Assembly: GCA_963706325.1 (NCBI GenBank)
Contig: CAVPLT010000007.1
Coordinates: 32,001-96,000 of the forward strand
Direction: 5' to 3'
From: an uncultured Nitrospiraceae bacterium
Lineage (GTDB): Bacteria; Nitrospirota; Nitrospiria; Nitrospirales; Nitrospiraceae
Length of the DNA stretch: 64,000 nucleotides
Part shown: positions 58,871 to 64,000 of the stretch, one piece after another
Layout: each line of letters opens with the position of its first letter
How positions within the stretch are numbered: the stretch's first letter is position 1
Translations under genes and position numbers: made by a program
Notes under the pieces: generated by a model
Databases searched by the model: none
What the model was told of the DNA's origin: nothing
What the model saw: the letters and a program-made list of their open reading frames with translations, nothing else

Positions 58871-60415
58871 TTACGTCGTCGTTCCGGTTCTCGTGGCTTC
58901 GACAAACTGCTCGGTGGAATCGTCCAAGAGGCGGCCCTTGCGGCCTTGAGCGCGATGGATGTACAGCAGCTCGTGGTTGATGTCTCGGGAATGCGTGGGC
59001 GGAAGGGGCATCTGATAGGCGACTGGTTGGGCGTGATCGGCCATTTGGAGACGAGGGTCATACAGGCTGTTAAATTTCCAGAGCATCTTGACGAAATTGG
59101 TTTGACCACGCAGCAGATGTCCGGCAGCGATCCGTGCCGTCGACTTCAAGGCTCTCCATCCCAAATGTTTCTGATTTAAGATCTGCTGCGTCTTGACCAA
59201 CTCAGCATAAAATTCCGGCAGGGACAGTGTCGTCGGCAGGACGGCATGCTGTATGTCATAGAGGCGGTAGTCTCTGGTTGTCGCACGTCTGGCTTCCGTA
59301 TGCCAGGACTCCGTGCCGGGATAGGGCGTATTCACGCTGATGTTCACGATCTCAGGAATCTCCAGGCACCATTGGCGAACGATCTCGAACCGGCGTCTAT
59401 CCCACCCCGGATCGGCGATCAAATTGATCGCGACCGTGATGCCGAGCGAGCGGGCAAATTCGAGCGCTTCAAAATTTTTTCCGATGGTGGTGCGTTTGCG
59501 ATGGAGTGCGAGCCCTTCTTCATCGATGGCTTCGATTCCGATAAACATGTAGGCGAGGCCCAGCCGCTTCCATAAGTGAAACACTTCTTTGTTGCGAAGC
59601 AGGACATCGCCCCTCGTCTCTAAATAATACTGTTTCTTGATGCCGCGTCGAGCAATGGCTTCGCCGATCGCCATTCCCTGTTTGGCTTGAATAAAAGCGA
59701 CGTCATCAACGATGAATATGCCCGGCTCTCGCACGGAGGCCAGATCCTCTACGATTTTTTCAGGGCTCGCCGCTCGATAACTTCGACCATAGAAGGTCCA
59801 GGCGCTGCAGAACGAGCAATCCCACGGGCAGCCGCGTGTAAATTCTATCGAAGCACAGGGATCGAGCACGCCGATGAAATATTTGCGTCGATGACGCAAT
59901 AGATCTCGTGTCGGGTGAAAGTCATCCAAACTGGTGATCATCTTTGCCGGTGGGCCTTGGCCGTCTACTGTGACTGTGCCGGGAACGTACGCGAGCGCCG
60001 ATCGATCCTCTTCAATGGCCATCAACAGCGGGCCGATGGCACCTTCCCCCTCGCCTTTCAAGACACAGTCGATGGCCCCGCCTGCATGTTCCAACAGGGC
60101 CTCTGCGACGAACGATGCGCTATGCCCCCCGACGAAGACCACGCTATTCGGCAGCTGTTGCTTGGTGAGTTTTGCCAGATCCACGATTTCGGGCACATTG
60201 GCCAAATAGTTACAGGAAAATCCGATCGCCTCCGGGCGGCGCTCGTGAAGGAGGGTGAGGAATTGTTCATGCGACTCCACTTGCAGATCAATCAGCATGA
60301 CCTGATGACCGGCTTGACGAGCTGCGGCCGCGACGAGTTCGAGCCCCAGCGGCTCGAGTCGGAGATAAATCTTGGTGTACAACAACGGACTGGGATGGAC
60401 GAGAAGCAGATTCAT
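58871..60415 (-). CDS. hpnR: Hopanoid C-3 methylase (cobalamin-dependent radical SAM)
   Basis: VHPSPLLYTKIYLRLEPLGLE, B12-binding region (NYLANVPE, VGGHSASF), RGCPWDCSFCSAWTFYGR, YDIQHAVLPT, KMLWKFN. Confidence 0.88.
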   Translation of the reverse strand: MNLLLVHPSPLLYTKIYLRLEPLGLELVAAAARQAGHQVMLIDLQVESHEQFLTLLHERRPEAIGFSCNYLANVPEIVDLAKLTKQQLPNSVVFVGGHSASFVAEALLEHAGGAIDCVLKGEGEGAIGPLLMAIEEDRSALAYVPGTVTVDGQGPPAKMITSLDDFHPTRDLLRHRRKYFIGVLDPCASIEFTRGCPWDCSFCSAWTFYGRSYRAASPEKIVEDLASVREPGIFIVDDVAFIQAKQGMAIGEAIARRGIKKQYYLETRGDVLLRNKEVFHLWKRLGLAYMFIGIEAIDEEGLALHRKRTTIGKNFEALEFARSLGITVAINLIADPGWDRRRFEIVRQWCLEIPEIVNISVNTPYPGTESWHTEARRATTRDYRLYDIQHAVLPTTLSLPEFYAELVKTQQILNQKHLGWRALKSTARIAAGHLLRGQTNFVKMLWKFNSLYDPRLQMADHAQPVAYQMPLPPTHSRDINHELLYIHRAQGRKGRLLDDSTEQFVEATRTGTTT

Positions 60416-60551
60416 ACAGCACCTCCGTCGTGGCTGTTAGGGATGGAAGTTTGTCTCCTAGGGAGAGCGCTCCCACCGCTATCAGGAAAGAGGAAATATG
60501 AAATTCGTTCCAGTATGAATCGGTAGAGGTGCGATGTCTAGCCTGCTCAGG

Positions 60552-61619
60552 TTAGCGCGGTGGCCGGCCGGTCTGCGCGCTGCCGACATTGCTCATGCAG
60601 CTCAATGTTTCGCAGGCGCACGGAAGGATGGATTTGTTCGATGGCTGGTCGTGGTATTGGCCCACCTGTCGGCCGGAGCCTACCTCTATCTCAATAAGAA
60701 AACTGTACTTGAGGAGCAGCAGGGCGAGGCGCGGCAGCCAGGGAAGAATTCCCACGCCCAGACAAATGGAGAGCGCCACGATAGACGTCACCAGGTCCTC
60801 ATCCAATCCGGTTTCCGTCGCAAAGATCACGGCGGTGACGGCAGAGGGCATGGCGGCGACGAGCACCACCACGGCTCGTTCCATCCCGACGAGATTCAAC
60901 AACCAGGCGACGGCAAGCCCGAGCAGCAACCCTCCGACCATACGTAACGTCACTCCCAGCAGGGCGAGCCACAGCGCACGGCGCAGCACGGAAACACTGA
61001 TCGAGAGACCCAACACGAGACTAGCCAGCGGCGTAGTGGTGAGATGAAGAGGAACGAGTACCTCGTGCAGCCAAGCGGGAAGATGGTAACCGAAGGCGTT
61101 GAGGGTCAGACTGCCGCAGAGCGCCCACAGCGGTGGAGAAGAGAGCAAGCGCACCAGAACTGATTGTAGCGTTGAGGCGCCCGCGCCATGCCATACGGCA
61201 AGGCCGTAGATCAGCGTGAGAGTCAACGTGCTCTGACCAAGATCAAACAATATGGCCTGCGCCAGCCCCTGATCACCGAGCGTCGCGAGCACGACGGGAT
61301 AGGCGAAGTACACCGAATTGATACAGGCGGTGCCCAGCGTAAATCCCCCTTGCGTGGCGCGGGGAAGTTCGAGCAGCCGGGAAAGTTGCCAGGAGCAGAG
61401 CAGCATCAAGAGGGTGACCAGACAGGCGGCCAGCGGGACTTTCCATGCCGTGGAGGCGAAAGTCATACCATCCAACGACACGAGAATGGTCGCGGGCAAG
61501 CTGATCGAAAACACCATCGACGCGAGTCGTTCCGCTTGAACTTTTCCAAGCAGGGCGAATGAGCGGAGCAAAGCGCCCATAAAAAAGATCGCGATAAAGG
61601 CCTGCAGCGTGGCGGACAT
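60552..61619 (-). CDS. AEC (auxin efflux carrier) family transporter
   Basis: SLPATI, NSVYFAYP, SPPLWAL, PLASLVLG, AMPSAV. Confidence 0.85.
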   Translation of the reverse strand: MSATLQAFIAIFFMGALLRSFALLGKVQAERLASMVFSISLPATILVSLDGMTFASTAWKVPLAACLVTLLMLLCSWQLSRLLELPRATQGGFTLGTACINSVYFAYPVVLATLGDQGLAQAILFDLGQSTLTLTLIYGLAVWHGAGASTLQSVLVRLLSSPPLWALCGSLTLNAFGYHLPAWLHEVLVPLHLTTTPLASLVLGLSISVSVLRRALWLALLGVTLRMVGGLLLGLAVAWLLNLVGMERAVVVLVAAMPSAVTAVIFATETGLDEDLVTSIVALSICLGVGILPWLPRLALLLLKYSFLIEIEVGSGRQVGQYHDQPSNKSILPCACETLSCMSNVGSAQTGRPPR

Positions 61620-61731
61620 GATCGGGAGAGTAGCAGAAATTCGCTTCCAGAAGGACCCGCTTCACTTGTCGGCGAACGCGCCAGAATTTTATGTGCGCTG
61701 GCCCAACGCGCCTGCTAGGATGGCCCATCCC

Positions 61732-62961
61732 ATGAATCAACCTTCTGTATCCGCGGGACCGCGTCAAGCGGCGGTCTTCTTCATTCTCATCACGGTGGTC
61801 CTCGACATGTTGTCGTTCGGGATCATCATCCCCGTGCTGCCCCGGCTCGTCGAAGATTTTCTCGGCGGGGACACGGCGCAGGCGGCGGAGATCTACGGCC
61901 TCATGGGAACAGCGTGGGCCTTGATGCAGTTCATCTGTTCGCCGATTCAGGGCGCGCTCTCCGATCACTTCGGCCGACGACCGGTGGTGCTCCTCTCCAA
62001 CCTTGGTCTCGGTCTCGATTTCATCTTGATGGCGTTGGCTCCGAATCTGACCTGGCTTTTTGCAGGTCGGGTCATTTCGGGAATCGCCTCGTCGAGTTTT
62101 AGTACGGCCGGCGCCTATATCGCCGACGTCACTCCGCCAGAGAACCGAGCCGGGGCATTCGGCATGATGGGGGCGGCCTTCGGGTTGGGATTTGTCCTGG
62201 GGCCCGCGGTGGGTGGGCTCTTGGGCGCCATCGATCCGCGTTGGCCATTCTGGGGCGCGGCAGCGACCAGTTTGCTCAATGCCTGTTACGGATTTTTCGT
62301 CCTCCCGGAATCGCTCGCGCTCGACAAGCGAGCCCCCTTTCGCTGGAGACGAGCCAATCCGGTCGGGTCACTTGTGCTGCTCCGTTCACATCACGAACTC
62401 TTTGGGCTCGCGACGGCGAACTTTCTGATGAACCTCGCGCATGTGGTGCTCCCGAGCGTGGCTGTCCTGTACTTAGGCTATCGCTATGGTTGGGGGCCAT
62501 CCGCCGTCGGGTTCACACTGGCGGCCGTGGGCGTTTGTGCCATGATCGTTCAAGGCGCGTTGGTGAAGCCGATCACCGCGCGACTAGGCGAGCGACGCAC
62601 CATGCTCACGGGGTTCTTCTGCGGGGCGGCGGGCTTTGCGATCTATGGCCTTGCCCCCACGCCGGCCCTCTATTGCCTGGGCATTCCGGTCATGGCGTTT
62701 TGGGGCCTGGCCGGACCATCGGCGCAAGTGTTTATGACGCGCCGCGTGAGTTCCGCCGAACAGGGACAATTGCAGGGCGCCATTGCGAGCCTGACCGGCA
62801 TCGCCGGGTTGATCGGCCCGACTCTCTTCACACAAATATTCGCAGCCTTCATCGGGCCCCAAGCCGATTGGCATCTTCCCGGCGCGCCCTATCTGCTTTC
62901 GACGATATTCTTGCTGGTGGCGATGCTCGTCGCCGGGCGAGCGACGAGTGTCGCTCGTTAG
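61732..62961 (+). CDS. TCR/Tet family MFS transporter
   Basis: LDMLSFGIIIPVLP, GALSDHFGRRPV, GRVISG, GFVLGP, LPES, EQGQLQG. Confidence 0.92.
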   Translation: MNQPSVSAGPRQAAVFFILITVVLDMLSFGIIIPVLPRLVEDFLGGDTAQAAEIYGLMGTAWALMQFICSPIQGALSDHFGRRPVVLLSNLGLGLDFILMALAPNLTWLFAGRVISGIASSSFSTAGAYIADVTPPENRAGAFGMMGAAFGLGFVLGPAVGGLLGAIDPRWPFWGAAATSLLNACYGFFVLPESLALDKRAPFRWRRANPVGSLVLLRSHHELFGLATANFLMNLAHVVLPSVAVLYLGYRYGWGPSAVGFTLAAVGVCAMIVQGALVKPITARLGERRTMLTGFFCGAAGFAIYGLAPTPALYCLGIPVMAFWGLAGPSAQVFMTRRVSSAEQGQLQGAIASLTGIAGLIGPTLFTQIFAAFIGPQADWHLPGAPYLLSTIFLLVAMLVAGRATSVAR

Positions 62962-62983
62962 CCGGGGGTGTGACAGTGTCTTG

Positions 62984-63934
62984 TCAGCGGGCGCCGTGTA
63001 CGACGATTTCCCTGGTTCGATATATTGCCAGCGCGCGCATGCCCGCTTCTTCCGCCTCATGCTCCCGTTCAGTCTTTCGATAGAGGTCGGCCAGGAGCGA
63101 CCAGGCTGCGGCCTCGACGTCCTGATCGCGCAAGGTTTGTGACAGCAACAGCGCGCGTCTTCCTAACGTAATGCCTTCGTTGAACTGCCCGTCGGCGCTA
63201 TCGAGCTGCGCAAGCCTGAGTCGCAGCTTAGCTTCGAACAGCAACTGGTGTTCCGCCTCAGCCAGACGCAGGCCCTCGCCATAATCGGTGCGCGCATCGG
63301 ACGTGTAATCCGAGAGCCAGTGGGCGTCACCCAACGAGAGGATGGCCATAAGCTCCTGCTCCACATCGTGGCGTGTCCGTGCGTCTTGTCTGGCCTGTTG
63401 CAGTGAAGCCAGCCCCATCTCGGTGTGTCCTTCGTCTACCTGCAGCAAGCCCAACTGCACCAGCGCCTCGTTCCACCCTCGCGAATCTTTCACGCGCCTG
63501 AAAAGCGTGATGGCTTGGTCGAGCGCATCATGGGCTTCATCGCGTTGTCCAAGTCGAGCCGCTATGCGGCCCTTAATCAGGAGTGCGCCGGCATGGGAGG
63601 CTTTATCTGGTGATCGAGCCAAGACGGGGAGCGCCTCTTCAAGCGCCTTGTAGGCCTCCTGCGGTTTGCCTTGGCGCTCATAGACCCGAGCCATCTTCAC
63701 CAGCGCGATGGCGATGCCTCGCGGCTGTTGCTTCTCGCGAAATCTTGACAGGGCCAGTTGGTAATACGTCAGCGTTTCGGGAAAATGATGTTGATGGTCG
63801 TGTATCTCGCCGATGCGAAGTAATTCATGCCCCGAGAGCGTGCTGGGCGAAGAGTCATTCGGCTTTGCGGTCGAGGACGCGAGTGCCCAAGCCGGTTCCA
63901 GGCCGGACAAGAGGCAGAGGAGACAGGCACTCAA
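62984..63934 (-). CDS. Exported TPR-repeat protein (frame open to the window edge; true start uncertain)
   Basis: Repeated TPR-like helices (YYQLALSRFRE, ALDQAITLFR, ALLLSQTL). Confidence 0.8.
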   Translation of the reverse strand: MSACLLCLLSGLEPAWALASSTAKPNDSSPSTLSGHELLRIGEIHDHQHHFPETLTYYQLALSRFREKQQPRGIAIALVKMARVYERQGKPQEAYKALEEALPVLARSPDKASHAGALLIKGRIAARLGQRDEAHDALDQAITLFRRVKDSRGWNEALVQLGLLQVDEGHTEMGLASLQQARQDARTRHDVEQELMAILSLGDAHWLSDYTSDARTDYGEGLRLAEAEHQLLFEAKLRLRLAQLDSADGQFNEGITLGRRALLLSQTLRDQDVEAAAWSLLADLYRKTEREHEAEEAGMRALAIYRTREIVVHGAR

Positions 63935-64000
63935 AAGCCATAGGTTCGTTGTGAAGGAGTGCGGAAACCAGGGGTCTGTAGGAAGCGCATAGTGGTTCGC

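Noticed and set aside
61732..62961. tetA as an acquired tetracycline resistance gene
   Set aside because: No tetR or mobile context; family membership alone does not establish the substrate.
1..64000. Many long antisense or alternative-frame ORFs in the track (e.g. 14004-14879, 47317-48285, 50545-51357)
   Set aside because: Shadow ORFs of well-supported genes, expected at this GC content.

Overview
A 64-kb chromosomal segment from a moderately GC-rich bacterium. Gene order and protein sequences point to Nitrospira (phylum Nitrospirota); this is an inference. Positions 1 to ~33 kb are core-like: an MsbA-type ABC exporter, bS22-like small ribosomal protein, nadB, pabB/pabC-like pair, Fo ATP synthase genes (atpZ/I-atpB-atpE-atpF), larE, an M16 peptidase pair, rlmN, Slt, zapB-zapA-rny-ymdB-xseAB-tlyA, cutA, an M23 peptidase, fhs and hflKC. 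From ~33 to 64 kb the content is accessory-like: arsM-arsS (arsenosugar-type pair), a decayed truncated haemoglobin, FHA-PrsW, an ATP-dependent ligase, several methyltransferases, a His-rich lipoprotein plus beta-barrel pair, a 1097-aa membrane/glycosidase-like fusion, hairpin/MITE-like repeats, hpnR (hopanoid C-3 methylase) and a Tet-type MFS. The most striking unexplained signal is the ~450-nt zapA-rny intergenic region. It contains many nested long-range helices, lies downstream of a sigma70-like promoter, and precedes an RNase Y gene whose Shine-Dalgarno points at a non-canonical ATT start. It is a candidate large structured leader or ncRNA controlling RNase Y. Two single-base frameshifts (acid phosphatase, hflC) may be pseudogenisation or sequencing error. 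No rRNA, tRNA, CRISPR array or intact transposase was recognised.
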